From positions 15,189,375 through 15,253,374 of the forward strand of contig OZ316897.1 in the NCBI GenBank assembly GCA_973895155.1: DNA of 64,000 nt, written 5' to 3'. The position numbers and the translations under genes are program-made. Shown here in pieces: positions 50,050 to 63,810 of this stretch (positions are counted from its first letter, which is position 1; each line of letters begins with the position of its first letter). The notes beneath the pieces were generated by a model that saw only the letters and a list, made by a program, of their open reading frames with translations, was not told the origin of the DNA and did no database searches. The DNA comes from Marsupella aquatica. Lineage: Eukaryota; Plantae; Marchantiophyta.

Positions 50050-51798
50050 AGGTTTTTATTGGATTTAGTGAAATACTTTTAACATGATTTCCGACCGAAC
50101 GAGAACTATTTCCGCAAACGAGAAATTTTTCCATGATTCATGCTCTCCAAAGATATATGAATGGTCTAATCTAGACATCCATATCCATTTTTTGAGCAAA
50201 GTCCGATACTTGTATGGGACTCCGAATTTGAACCATGAAAGTTCCGACCAAATTCCAATTCTTCCAGTTTTTGGTTATTTATTGTAACTTCTTTACATCA
50301 CAGTCGATAAGAAGTTACCACACAGTTTGTGAAACTACCTCACAGTTACCTCCGCAATAGACCATAGTAACCACACACATGCATAGTCAACACGCTATTG
50401 TCGCAACCGCAATGTGCAGTCCAATAAAATTATCACGAAAACTCTGGACGACAAAAATACTTGTCGACAATACCAACATCAGATAAATTTATCGCCTAAA
50501 TTCCAAACTACAAATATCCATATGAAGAAAATATATTTTGCAATACCAACATGAGATAAATTTATTGCCTAAATTCCAAAACTGCAAACATCCATATGAA
50601 AAAAAATTATTTTGCAATACCAACATAAGATAAATTTATCTCTTAAATTCCAGAAATGCAAATATCCATATGAAGAAAATCAATTTTGCAATACCAACAT
50701 GAGATAAATTTTGCCAAGATCCACATCTAAGAGTCAAATTGGATATCGAATGAAATATATCCTTCTTTGCTATTTTATCATTTAGCAAGATTGCGACATC
50801 ATAGAGTAAGATGAGTCACAAAACAACACTCAAGAATAATACTAGTTAGTTGGGTGCGATAAGTTTATCGCACTTTGCATTCACCTAGAATGACTCGACT
50901 CTATCACAAACCAAATTTAGATTAGAATGAAGCGACTCCAATAAATTTATAGAATGAAGACTTTGTGTGGATCCAGCGCAGGAATGCGCACTTCGATAAT
51001 TTTATCGGATGTTATCTAAAAATCATCTTCAATCCATAAAAGGAATGAAGCCTCCGATAAATTTATTGAAGTCTCAAATAATCTTCAATCCGACACAGGA
51101 ATGAAGACTCCGATAAATTTATCGAACTTTAAGAAAATTACCCTGAATCCAATCTATGAATGCGCACTCTGATAATTTTATCGGATGTTCAGATTCAAAC
51201 ATATTCAATGCAGGAGAGGATGCAGAATGTGATAAATTTATTGTAGTCCGCTCGGATTAGGACATTAACACCAAATGATAAGTAAACCTTACATAGATGA
51301 TACTCGAACTGGAATGGAAGTTCCAATAAACTTATCGGGTTTTCTTGAGAAAGAATCAAATCTCATGGGATGAATGTAAGACTTTATAGGATTTAAGTAT
51401 TCATTATGAGAGAAGTGTTATTTTCTCTAGAGAAAATAAACCTTTTATGGGCAGCCTGCTCCTCTTTATGTATAGGGAATGCTCTAACCATGGTTATTTT
51501 TCCTCATTAACCATGGTTAAGTTTGCACACTAAATCGGATTAGTGCGTGGTCGACCCTCGATTACGTGGTTGGGGCCAAGTTACTTGCAGTCCCGCTTGC
51601 AGTTTGGACTATTTTACGTTCCAAATGTTAAACTCGATGCACGTATCGCTCCCTGCATTCCCACGGTGATGCAATGTAGGCAACTGATGCTTTTTCAATT
51701 TTGCGGCCATTTTATCGGAGTTTGCATTGCCTTAGAAAAAAAACAGAATTGGGCTAAACGAGAAGTGTATCACATTTCTTGGACGGTCCAAAATTGTG
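50050..51798. mobile_element. Diverged relative of the 18065-19209 TIR element with ~72-bp and ~58-60-bp internal repeats
   Basis: Collinear shared blocks: TTTACATCA..GAAGTTACC, CGTATCGCTC, right end AAACGAGAAG..TCACA.TTCT....GGTCC..; repeats CAATACCAACAT.AGATAAATTTAT (50470-50710) and GAATGAAG..TCCGATAAATTTATC (50920-51340). Left TIR not found. Confidence 0.6.
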
Positions 51799-53071
51799 TT
51801 TTTTAAATTTTGTTGAAGAACATTAGGGTTATTTTAATCCAATTTTGAGAATTATAAGAATCATAGGATTTTTTAACAAAATTGGGAATATTCTTGGAAT
51901 ATTCCATTAACTTAGGGGTTAACAACTCCTAAACTCCTATTGACTTTAGTTTTAGGATGTTTAATCCCCCAAAACTTTGCGCGTGATATGAGACACCCCT
52001 TGGATTGAGGCCCCCAAGAATTGAGAATCAATCACTTACTTTGTTTTCGTGAAGAAACTAATGAAATAGTCATTCTGTACTGCTCATTTTATTGTTATGA
52101 GAACTCTCAATCCGTTATGCACAAAAATTGATCCAGAACAACGGGTGCCGACCTTAGCTTATAGCAAGGTCACTCGGGTCTGGGAGGCTCTATCCACTAA
52201 CCTACTTACTAACAATTGTTGAGTTTGTGGCAAGATAGAGAATGGTCTTGGGATCGGAGATCAAGACGGGTTACTTACCAATGGGTTCCAGGTTGCAGAT
52301 GCAAACAGTAGGAGCCGTTGAGCGACGGTCGTATTGAGGAACAGGCGTGGCTTTGTATGGGAATTGCCACAGGCAATGATAGAGAGATATAATTTGTATT
52401 GAAAACAAAAACACCCAAATTTATCTACCTTATGGCAAAATAAATCTTATTGGACCCTTGACTGTAAATCCACTTTTACGAAGTAAGTGCCACCGAACTG
52501 CCAATGGTCATTGGAATCTCACTCTAGGTAATGCAATCTTCTATTGGAATTCCAATCACTTCATTCTGAACCCGGCGCACCAGATTCGCAAAAGATATAT
52601 AGATTGAAACCAGTTTATTAGCGTTATCCGCAGATTGAATATTTAACATACAAATTGCACAGTTGCTCAAGCGCGTCTCGGGATTTTTTTTATCGATCCA
52701 AGTCAGATTTATTTATAGGTTCTATACCCACTGAATCGGCAAGATTCTATAATCCCCCAGTTGATAAACCTCCCAAATCTTTTCGACAACAAGTTGCTTG
52801 CTTGCAGAGTTCCATGTGGGCATTCAAGCACCATGAGTACTTAGCTGGAGGTACTGGGTTTGGTGATGGCAAGGTCCACCATTGTGTGTTGAGAGCTACA
52901 ACACAGGCCTGTTATTCAGAATTAAGCCTTTGGACCATGACTTTGGGGGCAAGTGTACAGCTTGGGTTGGATTGACAACGAGCATGATTGGTACTATCCC
53001 TCTGTTTGTGAGCAAAGCTCAGGCATCCCTGAGGCTGGTGAGTGAAATTCTGCTAAACCTAATTATTCGTA

Positions 53072-54700
53072 CACTCAGTTAAGCAAAGATGGCTGGTTCA
53101 TTTTTGGGTGAAAACCACGCACCAGAGACACTAACAGGCCTTTAAAGTTTTCATTTGACAAAGGCTTAATTGAAGACTAAACCAAATTATTTGTAAACTC
53201 AGTTAAGCAAAGATGGCTGGTTCATTTTTGGGTTAAGGCCATGCACCAGAAATACTAACAGGCCTTCAAAGTTTGCACTTGACAAAGGCTTTACTGAAGT
53301 TTTTGCCCACCACAATTGATTCATCAAAAAAAATTATTACATTCGACCTTGGTTAATTAACCATGGTCAAAATGTGGGTTAGGGTGCACAACTCATACAG
53401 TCTCCAACACATGCAAAAGATACTTGTGAGTTTAGTGGTGATACCCTTCAAAAAGTTATTAGAATATGTTTTGTCCAAACATATTGAGGCATCAAACCAA
53501 GCATTAGTAAACAGTGGCATGCATCAAACTGATTTTGTCTTTTTGAGTGTGTTTTTTTAAGAAGATTCACATTTGGCAGCAGCAAATTGTCGCTTCGATT
53601 CTAACGTAGTGGTGGCAGAAGAGATGCTACTTTGATGAGTGTGCCACTTTGATGAGGGTGCCATAGTACTTTTTGACTTTTTTTTTCTTTTTAAGCCAGT
53701 GTGGCCAATGTCAGCCTTTGTGAACTAGAAGATACTTTGAATGTACCTTATCTTCCTGAATTATTTTTTGACCGTCAGATCTCCCTAGATTTAAGAATGA
53801 CCGTTAGATTCTTGCAAATGGGGTTTATAACTAGGTGAGAAAATGGCTAATTGGATACAAGACAATCTAGATGGCTGATGGGATACAAGACAATCTAGAT
53901 GGCTGATGGGATACAAGACAATCTTCCTGTGTTAATTCTGATTGGCCCACATTGACCCTGACAGGATTCCCCTAAAGCTCAATTGTGCACACAAACAGTA
54001 TATTGTGGAATGAGACATTAAAGCAGACACATGAAGAGTATATTGTGGAATGAGACATTAAAGCAGACACTTGGAGAGATATCACTAGGAGTTCTCACAG
54101 CTGGGTCATTAATGAAAGTTACCGATCTGTGGTATATCCCATAACCCTGGTTATGGGACAATGAAAGTTACCGATCTGTGGTATATCCCATAACCCTGGT
54201 TATGGGACCCAGCTATAGAATTTTAAAATTGGGTGAGGTTGCTTTGACCCGCCCCACAAGGCAAGTGTTATAGCCTCACCTATCTCATAGCATATATTCT
54301 CTCTTTTTTCATTCTTGATCAGCCATCGTCTCAAATCAGCAGTGATCACGTGCCTTCAGCCATGGCTTTCCGGAGTTTCGGAGTCCTGGATTTCCAGATT
54401 TCCGGATTCGCGCCTAAAGTTGCGGGAAAGTTAAGGGTTAAGTGTTGAGCTTTCCGTAGGGTAGTCAAAAATTGACTCCCATAACTTTTACAGGATAGAG
54501 TTCTCATAATAAAGTTGAGTTATGGGAAAGCCTTCTCTTGTTTTAAGCCCAAGGTTTGAGAGGCACTACTAGGCAAGCACCATTATCAAACTTCACAAGA
54601 AGGTAACCCATATACCAACCCTCTCTTACACAGGTAGGACAATTCGAACATACCCTATACCAACCCCCTGTTACGCGGGTAGGACAATTCGAACAAACCC
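53072..54700. repeat. Cluster of short tandem duplications upstream of the alpha-galactosidase gene
   Basis: ~125-bp x2 (53073-53300), 28-bp x2.5 (53853-53924), 40-bp x2 (53997-54070), 49-bp x2 (54111-54208, each with palindrome TCCCATAACC-CT-GGTTATGGGA), ~45-bp x2 (54607-54695). Confidence 0.9.
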
Positions 54701-55529
54701 TCGTAATTATCGTAGTGAAGATTCTGCATACAGTCGGCGATGAACAGAACGGTACCAGAGTCGTACTCGTGTAGAATGATGACCGCCATGGACAACACAA
54801 TTCCATTCCTCGGGTTGTGTTCTTCTTTCCTTTTTGGAGGATAAGCATCGAATCTTCCTCAGAAACTTCCAGCGCAGACAAGCCGAATCACTTGGTTGGG
54901 GCCGACGAAATCCAAAAGAAACAGAGCCTGAAAACAACGAACAAGTTAGGAGAAAGAGGAAAGCAGACGCTTCCTGTAGAAGACCGAGAGAATGGGCAGA
55001 AAAGCAGGCCAAGAGGGAGGCATTGTGATTGCCGAGTGAGTATTTCGAAGTGTTTCCTCGTCCCGTGTTGTGAATTGTGAAGCGCAGGAAGGGTGTGGTC
55101 AGATTGAGTGGCTGGTTGGGGGAAGCGGGGGTGGGGTGGGGCGGGGAGGCGGAGCTTTCTTCGGAAAGCACACGCCACAGTGATGATTCGTGATGGAGTT
55201 GGAAGGGCACTGGAGCGCACTAGGTGAACGAGACTTCCCCTGTGCTTTGGCACTGAACCCACCTCCACCTCTAGCCTGCAGGCGACAGAGGGCACCAAAA
55301 AAATATAAAAACTGAGAGAGCTGGAGAGAGCTGGAGAGAGAAGAGACTTCCCCTCTTTAGTCGTTGAACCCACCTCCAGCCTCCGGGCCGAACCAGGAAA
55401 AGAAAACGACGATGGTTGACCTGAAATAGGATACCAATGCTTCTAAATTCAGAGCAGAGATTGTCTTAATTGGCAACAGCTGGAAGGTAGCCTCCGGTTC
55501 CAGGTTGAGTCTGAGGTGAGGTGTGACCG

Positions 55530-58500
55530 ATGAGGTCGGTCGCAATGCAGCCGTCCCGTGCGATCATGAGCAGGGTGAACGTGAGATTGATGCTCCTGGT
55601 TCTGCTGGCATTTGGGAGCGCAGTGGTCATTGTGGTGGCAGGCAGAAGCAGTTCTGTGGACAAATTCCTTCATCGTCGCCAACCGCCGGCGGCCCGAGTG
55701 TTTGGAAAATTCGCCAGGTACTGGGGGACGCCGTGGCCCAAGCGCGACCCTTCTAACAAGTTCCAGCAGCATCATCGTCTAGGGCTCAACAATGGACTTG
55801 GGGCTACTCCGCAAATGGGGTATGTTTTCAAGGTTTTTTCTGACACTCGGAAGTTCGGTGTTAATTCAGGTCAATCCTCCACTGCATATGTTACCACGGA
55901 AACCATAAACGTAGCAACCAATCAGACAGATCATGTGAATGAACTTCCAAGGTGCTTGATAATTCACTCCATCTGTCCACCTCGCTGTCGCCGCCAATGA
56001 TCATAACTTGTGACATCAAACTATCCTTCGGAGTAAGAAAGAGAGAGTGCAGGAACAAATATTCTGAGAACAGCACATGGAAGAATTGTCAAAGTAGCTA
56101 CTGTAGTTCAAGGGCATAAGAAGGGACTGTACCAGAAAATGTCCGTCCATCAATCTGTAATTCAAAAGGAGAACTGTTCACTTAAGCATGCACAAGATAT
56201 CTCGTGCTAAGGTAGCTTCGCTACATGGAAGGAGCCGCACAGCTCCCAGCACAGACCCCCACACAGCTGAAATTGAGACTGAATTCAAAGAGATTTCATA
56301 GAGAATCGATTTACAAATATTAGACTGGAAACTCCCGTTTCCGCTTATCGACTGAGACTGGATTTCAAGTGTTTAGTGACCCAAAAATCTAATGGTTTCA
56401 TGAGAGAAGTGATTTTAAATCATTAGACTAGAAAGTCTAGGAGAATGCCGCTTCGTGTATGGAAAATCAACCCAGATATGGATTTGTTTGTTATTCACTT
56501 TGTACATCATGCAAGAAATGATGGTCTGAGATGATCACCCAACTTCGTCTATCTGTTACAGATGGAACAGTTGGAACCACTTCGATTGTAACGTTGATGA
56601 GGATATTATATTTCAAACAGGTACGTTACTCAATCTTGGTTCAGTAAGAGCGATTGAATGTATCACAGAATGAAAAAGATATGGTTACGTGATATGTATC
56701 TACACTGCCGTTCCCATTCTTGCCTCGACGAAAGAGATGTATGGTGTGAAAAATGACAGCACTACTACTCCGAGGTTGCGCTGATTCCATGTCCGTTGAG
56801 CATTCTGGGCAATTGTTCTGAGGATATCTTCTCACCAGCAGTTGACTCTTCGCAGCGGAGGCGCTTGTATCTACTGGGCTTGCAGGTCTTGGGTACAAGT
56901 ACGTAAACATAGGTAAGTTGATTGCTCAGGCTGAATATTTTTTGTTAAATCTTAAAATAAGTATTAAGCAATCCTAGAGAATGAGAGCTCCTCGCCCGTG
57001 ACCCATCAGACTTTTGCTCATACGCTAACCATCACCTCACTGACAGATGATTGCTGGGCTGAACTTTCAAGAGATTCTGAGGTGGGTTCACAGTCCAAGC
57101 ATTTTCAGTACAACGTTTGAATGTTTCTTAGTATTTGGTTGAAATGGGATCTTTTAAATTGACCCTTGTTTAAATGGCAGCACCAGCGGACTTGGTCTCT
57201 GTCAGCCACATGATCCATTGCTGGACAGAATCTAAAGTCTGATCTACTCTGTTTCTTATAAATATTTTGTCTATTTCAGGGCAACCTAGTGCCTCGTGCT
57301 GCAACGTTCCCTTCTGGGATCAAGGCTTTAGCTGATCATGTTCATAGTTTGGGTCTTAAACTTGGTATCTACTCTGACGCAGGGTGAGTTTTCGGTTGCT
57401 TCTATTTTGAAACATAGAGAGATGTTTTACTCCATTGCAGTATGGTTGTCATCAAAACCTAGAACCTTTAGACCTGAGTACTTGCTAGCTGAGGACTCTC
57501 TAGTTCTCCAAAGTTTCCACGTATGGATGGACTGCTCGGTACAACTAGGTACAACCATAGTTTGCTATGGTGATCACCGATGAATGTCATTGGTGTTCTG
57601 AATCGATGAATATCATGCATATTGTTCATTGTGTGGGTTCATTCCTGATTTCTATTGTTCATGGCTTTCACGTTTTGGTTCTGCGAGTGATCTAACAGGG
57701 AGTTCACTTGTGAGAAGCAACCTGGATCTCTTGGTTATGAAGATAAGGATGCCCAAGCATTTGCTTCATGGGTAAGTTTGAACTTATTTTTAAAATACCT
57801 GCATCTAGAAATAGATTATCTTGCTTGTGTGGCAGGGCTTATGTAAAACCAAGGGTGTAAGATTCGTCAAAAGAGTGATGTGAAAACAGCCCGATAAACT
57901 TATCTTGCCTGATGGTTTTGGCCACAAATCCTGATCAAGTGTGTTGGAAAAATAAGCCTGTGCGTTTCTTTTGGATTCCTTGTACGTCTTTGCCAAGAAG
58001 ATTGGTTGGATGCTTTACCTTTTGATTCGGTTGTAGGATGTGGACTACCTTAAATATGACAACTGCTACAATGATGGCAGCCCACCAGAGAGTCGGTAAT
58101 GAACATGTTGTGGCATTGATAGCATCATCGATATACTCATCGTTTTAAATTACAGAAACTGCTATATTTGGTGTGCAATATGTGGTAGAGGACTGTGGAA
58201 GCAAGGGTCCCACTCACTGCAAACTTTGAAATGCATTGCAGGTATCCAGTTATGCGTGATGCTTTGAACAAAACCGGGCGGCAAATATTTTTCTCAATGT
58301 GTGAATGGTGAGACAAGCTCCGACAGTCACCCCTGGGCCAGTACCATAATGCAACTTCAACCTTTTTGCTGACTGTAAAGCTTCTCTGCAGGGGAGAGGA
58401 TAATCCGGCATTATGGGCTAACACCGTTGGCAACAGTTGGCGAACTACAGAAGATATTGAGGACAAATGGTCAAGGTATGTGTGGAGAATGCGCGTGGTT

Positions 58501-60221
58501 TACAGCTCACAATGCGACTAATTCGCTGTAATAAATTTGATGTATTATCTTGTAGAAAGTATTTCTAACACAACATCTCCTGTCAGCATGACGAAGATCG
58601 TTGATGAGAACGACGTATGGGCGGATTTTGCCGGTCCAGGTGGATGGAATGGTGAGACTCATAACTAGATGTAGTAGCATGACCACTTTGTATTCGTTCG
58701 TGATGTGAGGTGATCAGTTGTAAGTCTACTAAGATTGGAAGCTTGCAGTGACTTTTACTTGAAATGGAGTGTGGTTACACCATTCCATTTCGAGTGGTTG
58801 TCTGCACGATTGGCTAGATCAGTGATATTTTGCGTCATCGGTAAAACTGAACTAGCCTTGCAGTTTTAATTTGATAATACTTTCAACTAGGGAGGTGGAT
58901 GCTACTTGATTGATCCTTTATACACTTCTCCTGCCTCGAACTCAATCTAAAGCACGAGCAGTCTTGAAAGATGCAAGAAATTGGCATCTCAACCATTTGC
59001 ATGTCTTCTCTTTGTTTCAGATCCTGATATGCTGGAAGTTGGAAATGGCGGTATGAGCTTGACTGAATATCAAACACATTTTAGCCTCTGGGCTCTCATA
59101 AAGGTAAATGACATCTCCTCTTTCAACTCTAGAACTTGACTGCTCATGGCAGCGCTGTATACCTGTTTTCAGCTGAACTCATTTATCCAGGAACTCTAAT
59201 TTCTATTATTGATCAGTTCTGGGTTAATCACCTTGGCTGCAGGCTCCACTGCTGATTGGGTGTGATGTGCGGGACATTTCGCAAGAAGTTCTCAACATCC
59301 TTTCAAACAAGGAAGTGATTGCTGTGAATCAAGGTACAACAATGCTGACGGCCTTATTCTATAACTTGTATAAAAGCTATTGTCAGGCGACCCGGGCCGT
59401 GGTCACCTACCCCTATTGGTACACATCGACGTATAATTACACTCATGCGTAAATATAGACATTTGGCATATTCTGTGCTGGAGAGTTTCCCAGCTGATAT
59501 TGGATTGGCGCTATTGTCGACGACCAAGAGCTTCACATGTATATTGTCTTCCCAGATCCACTAGGTGTGCAAGGGAGGAAAGTTTCCGGTGTTCCCTGGT
59601 GGTGGACATGGTGGAAAAAGCCTGAGGTAAGCAACTGTAGTCTTCCTATGAGACATGCGTGATGCAGGTCGGGCCATAGGGCTATTTCTTTCATTTGACT
59701 GCTATTCCAGAGTAGTAAAGGAGCAATTGGTTGGTGCAGGTTTGGGCTGGGCCACTTTCTGGTGGCCGCACTGTAGTGCTGCTTTGGAATAGGGCTCTCA
59801 AGCCTGATTACGTTACAGTTACTTGGGCTGACCTTGGTCTTCAGCCTGGAACTCCTGTTAAAGTTCAAGATTTGTGGCAGGTATGGATGTATGTACCTTG
59901 TTATCTGTTAGGTCACATCTTCGTTCTTGTCTATCACACGAATACGTCCAAATCGTGCTGACTAAATAGTGCTTGTACGTGGTGGCTTTTTGGTCTTGAA
60001 CGTTCGACTTTCATGCATGTCTTTTACAATGAAGGTTAGTTGCAAAATCCTAACTAAGGATCCTTCGCTTTGGTTACTGTTCTGTACAGCATGAAACATG
60101 GACAGGAAAGTCTCAGGATGGCATCCGAGCCAAGCTTAGTCCTCATGGCAGTCAAATGCTTATCTTGACACCCATGAGTGGTGCCCCTTTGACCAATAGT
60201 TCAGTTTCGAGGGACAGGTGA
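55530..60221 (+). CDS. AGAL: Alpha-galactosidase (glycoside hydrolase family 27), secreted, 15 exons
   Basis: GT-AG exons: 55530 (or 55545/55566)-55819, 56562-56620, 56856-56912, 57047-57081, 57280-57383, 57699-57771, 58037-58095, 58242-58307, 58392-58475, 58587-58651, 59021-59103, 59243-59333, 59556-59626, 59740-59880, 60090-60221 (TGA). Continuous frame with signal peptide, [37 protein letters not shown] (nucleophile Asp), [15 protein letters not shown] (acid/base Asp), [37 protein letters not shown]. Confidence 0.97.
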
Positions 60222-62951
60222 ACTTGAAAGATTGCTCAATCACTGAGACTATGAACGGCGTGCACATTTTGCAATGTGGAGCTTGGATGTGTGATATGGA
60301 TTCCCTCACCAGTCCATTGGAGGTGGCATTACTTTGCTGTACTATGAAATTTCGCAGGTTTATGGCTCTGGCAGATTGAAACTGTTCCTTCCAGTTCGAA
60401 GGTGATGAACAGCTTCTGAAAGTTTGTAGTATACTCTCGATCTTAACCACTACTGATTAGATATCCCGTCCATGGGAAAAGGTTGGGTAGATGATGTGTC
60501 TCTTTCCCAATGACATGATGGCAAAGCTTCAGGCATTGCTTGCGTCTGTAAAAAAATACTCAATGGGAAGGCATTATGAATCCTCTCCAAGAGCTGCAAT
60601 TCCTCACTTCGCGAGGTAAACAGTGGACCCAGCTAATCCATCATCATAGGTTAATGCCCTTGGGGCTAACAATCAAATGATAAACAATCCTACCCTTGTT
60701 TTAGGAAGGCTTCCAAACATCACGGATGTTGGTTCCTTTCTGCAATAGGAGTATAAGGTGGAACGCTTGAGCTATGAAAATATCATTGCTTTTGCGGAGT
60801 TTTGAGGGTCATAGTGGGGTACCTATGCTTTTCCCAGCCATTTAGCATTAGAGGATTAGGCATTTTGAGCGACTGTCTTTCCGAAGAAGCTCGCGGTTTC
60901 TCTCTGATGAGTGATCGTGAGTAAAGCTGTACAGAATAAAGATCCTTTTCTTCTGCTGTTTTGGTGTCGCACAAAATTTTGCCACTTATAACTTACAATG
61001 TTGGACTAAATGTGGGACAACTAGTTGGGGTTTACTAGTCTCTAATAGTGACCTGGCACAAGGGTTGCGTCAATGTAGGAGATTTTGTTGGAATCTAAGC
61101 CAAATCTGAAACAAATTGGGGTGGGTTCATAACCAGATGATCACTGACTTTTTATGGCACTTCTAGGAGTGAACCAAGCAAGCAAAATCGTACAGTAGGT
61201 GTGTATTTCTCAAAGGCAAGGAAAGTGTGCACCCGTGTTTGCACCCCTACTGGAGAGACAAACGAGGGATAATGTTGTGATCAAGGCTTCAGGGCTCTTT
61301 TTGATGCTCCTATATGGTGAATTCACCCTGACAAACGAGGGACAAAGTTGTGAGCAAGGCTTTAGGCTTCTTCTTGATGCTGCTATATAGTGAATTCAGA
61401 TTTCAGTATTTTGTCTTATTTATACTTTTGCTATGTATTTTATTTCAATGTGCCTTACCTTTACTTTTTGATGTTGCTATGACATGAATCCACCTTTCAG
61501 TATTTTTGTCTAATTGGTAATTTCTGCTGTGTTTGTGATTCAATGTGCCTTAACAAGTTGCATCATTTGTATTATTTAGATTGTGAATTTATTTTGGCAC
61601 TCATCTTGATGGTTTTAATCTTTGCTGCCTTAGAGATCTTTTTGTACTCTACTTTAGATTTCAATATTGTACATCCAATGTTTTTATTGAGTATTTGTTT
61701 TAAGTTCTACTCGTGATTTTGTTTACTAATTTGTCACTACCTAGGCAAGTACCTACCTGTACTTTGTACACAAATTATCAGTATCTACCATGAACTTGTA
61801 CTTTTCTTGTTTATTAAGGCAGAAATTGTACTTTTCTTGGTTATGAAGGCAAGTGAGTATACCTTATGTGCAGGACTATACCTGTATTTTCCTGGCCATA
61901 ATCTTTGCATGTGCTGGACTTCTATTCTTATCTTGTACACAATCTTAACAAATACTATGCAATATCCAAAAAAAATTAGATCACTCACACATCACTATAT
62001 AACAAAAACTGAAACATGTTCGGGGATTAGCATTTTCTAAGGAGCAAGGAATGTTGATATCTTGTGGAGGGCATCATTGTTTAAGTTGAGGGCTTCCAAG
62101 TCCAATGAGTTAAGAATGAGGTAGTCCAGAAAATAAAGACCAGATGGACTACCACAACGTGGATGGATTGGTGCAGAATGTCTAAAAGACTTGGGTATCA
62201 CCTTTGCACATTCAACTGATATATGACCTGAGAATGGTTTCACTTAGTTTACCTGGTAACTTAGTCTACAGTACTAACGTAGGGGTCATTCTGGACGGGA
62301 ATGCTGTGGTCATCTGAACTAGATTGATTTCATTCGCACCTCCTAGACCGATTCCATCCACCTCGTTACCATTCTTGTGAAGTTTTAAGACTCCCCTCAA
62401 CTGCTCCCTTGCCCTTGCAAGCAACCTATCAAGATGAGGTCCCAGTACTTCGTTACTGGACGAAGTTTGGTTGGATTGGCAAGACCCATTGATTGGCAGA
62501 GTTCGCATTGCTTCTACTTGAGGTAAGTGCTTTTTCAAACGAACCTTCGAATCTACTTTACGCAAGCCACTGTCAGGAAAGGAATTGAAGGATTTCCGCA
62601 GAACTCGTACTTGCTGTCAGTGCTTTTTAAAGGAACCTTCCAATCTACTTTACGCAGTGTTTCTGATGATTCCGAGCATCCTTGACAGGACGTGTGGGCT
62701 CACTTAGTCAATGGTGACTGACCTCCATGACTAACTGACTCAATCCACATTAGCCTGTGGGTCCTCACCTTGCAAGCGGATATGGTCATAATTATGGATG
62801 TAACTATTCTGTGACTCCGCCAAAAAGCTGAAACAAGTAGCAGCACGTGCATTTTCGTCTCTGCAAGTGGACATGCCGATACAGTCATTTTGTGTAACTT
62901 TCAGCTACACCAAGCAACACGAGAGTAGTCTCCAGTCTACAATGGTTATAC

Positions 62952-63190
62952 ATTTCAAACTGCCAAAAAACCCAATCCCTGGCAAGAAACCCAATCAAGG
63001 GAGAAAAAGCAATTATTATATATTTCAAACTGCCAAAAAACCCAATCCCTTCAAACTGCCAAAAAACCCAATCCCTGGCAAGAAAAGGCAAGAAACCCAA
63101 TCAAGGGAGAAAAAGCAATTATTATATTTATATACTTCAAACTGCCAAGAAACCCAATCAAAGGAGAACAAGGAAAACGCCAAAAAGCCA
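62952..63190. repeat. Irregular minisatellite
   Basis: TTCAAACTGCCAA(A/G)AAACCCAATC four times, interleaved with GGCAAGAAACCCAATCAAGGGAGAAAAAGCAATTATTATAT x2. Confidence 0.88.
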
Positions 63191-63810
63191 ACAGGACCAG
63201 GGCAATTGGTTATGTAGACTTTATCATTGTGATTTTTAGCTGTAGTATAAGCTAACATGTGGTAAAGCAAACTGTAGCAAATGGTGCTATAATTATTTTG
63301 CTAGAGGACAAGTTAGCGACCCACTCTACCTAGACGTTACTTAGTTCCTTGAAATCATTGTATGGCCCCCAATGTAGTAAAGGAAACTGTAACAAATGAT
63401 GTCAGGATTATTTGCTAAAAGACAACTTGGGGACCCACTCCACCTAGAAGTCATATACTGTTGTTCATTGGCTAGGGCCTCTCTTGTTTTGACAAGAGAA
63501 TATCGAATGAGGGGCATCTGAGTACAATTTTAATGTTAAAAAACTCAAAATAGAAATGGACCAAGTGACTAACCATCTTCTAGTAGTAGGGAGTCTCAAA
63601 ACGGGGCAGTCCGGAAGTTCACTGCTTCTTCATTTTACCTGGGCAATCTCTTGACAAACTGAACCACACCTCCAAATTCAGTCCTGAAAAGTTCTGCTTT
63701 CATCAGCCTGTGACATCTCTTGACAAACTGAAGCCCACGTCAAACTTCAGAGTTTAAGACCCCATTGTGTGCTCTAGTAAGGCTTCTCAAAACTTTTACT
63801 CATTCATGCT

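Noticed and set aside
55820-56000. 3' part of ORF 55530..56000
   Set aside because: Read-through into intron 1 after the GG|GTATGT donor.
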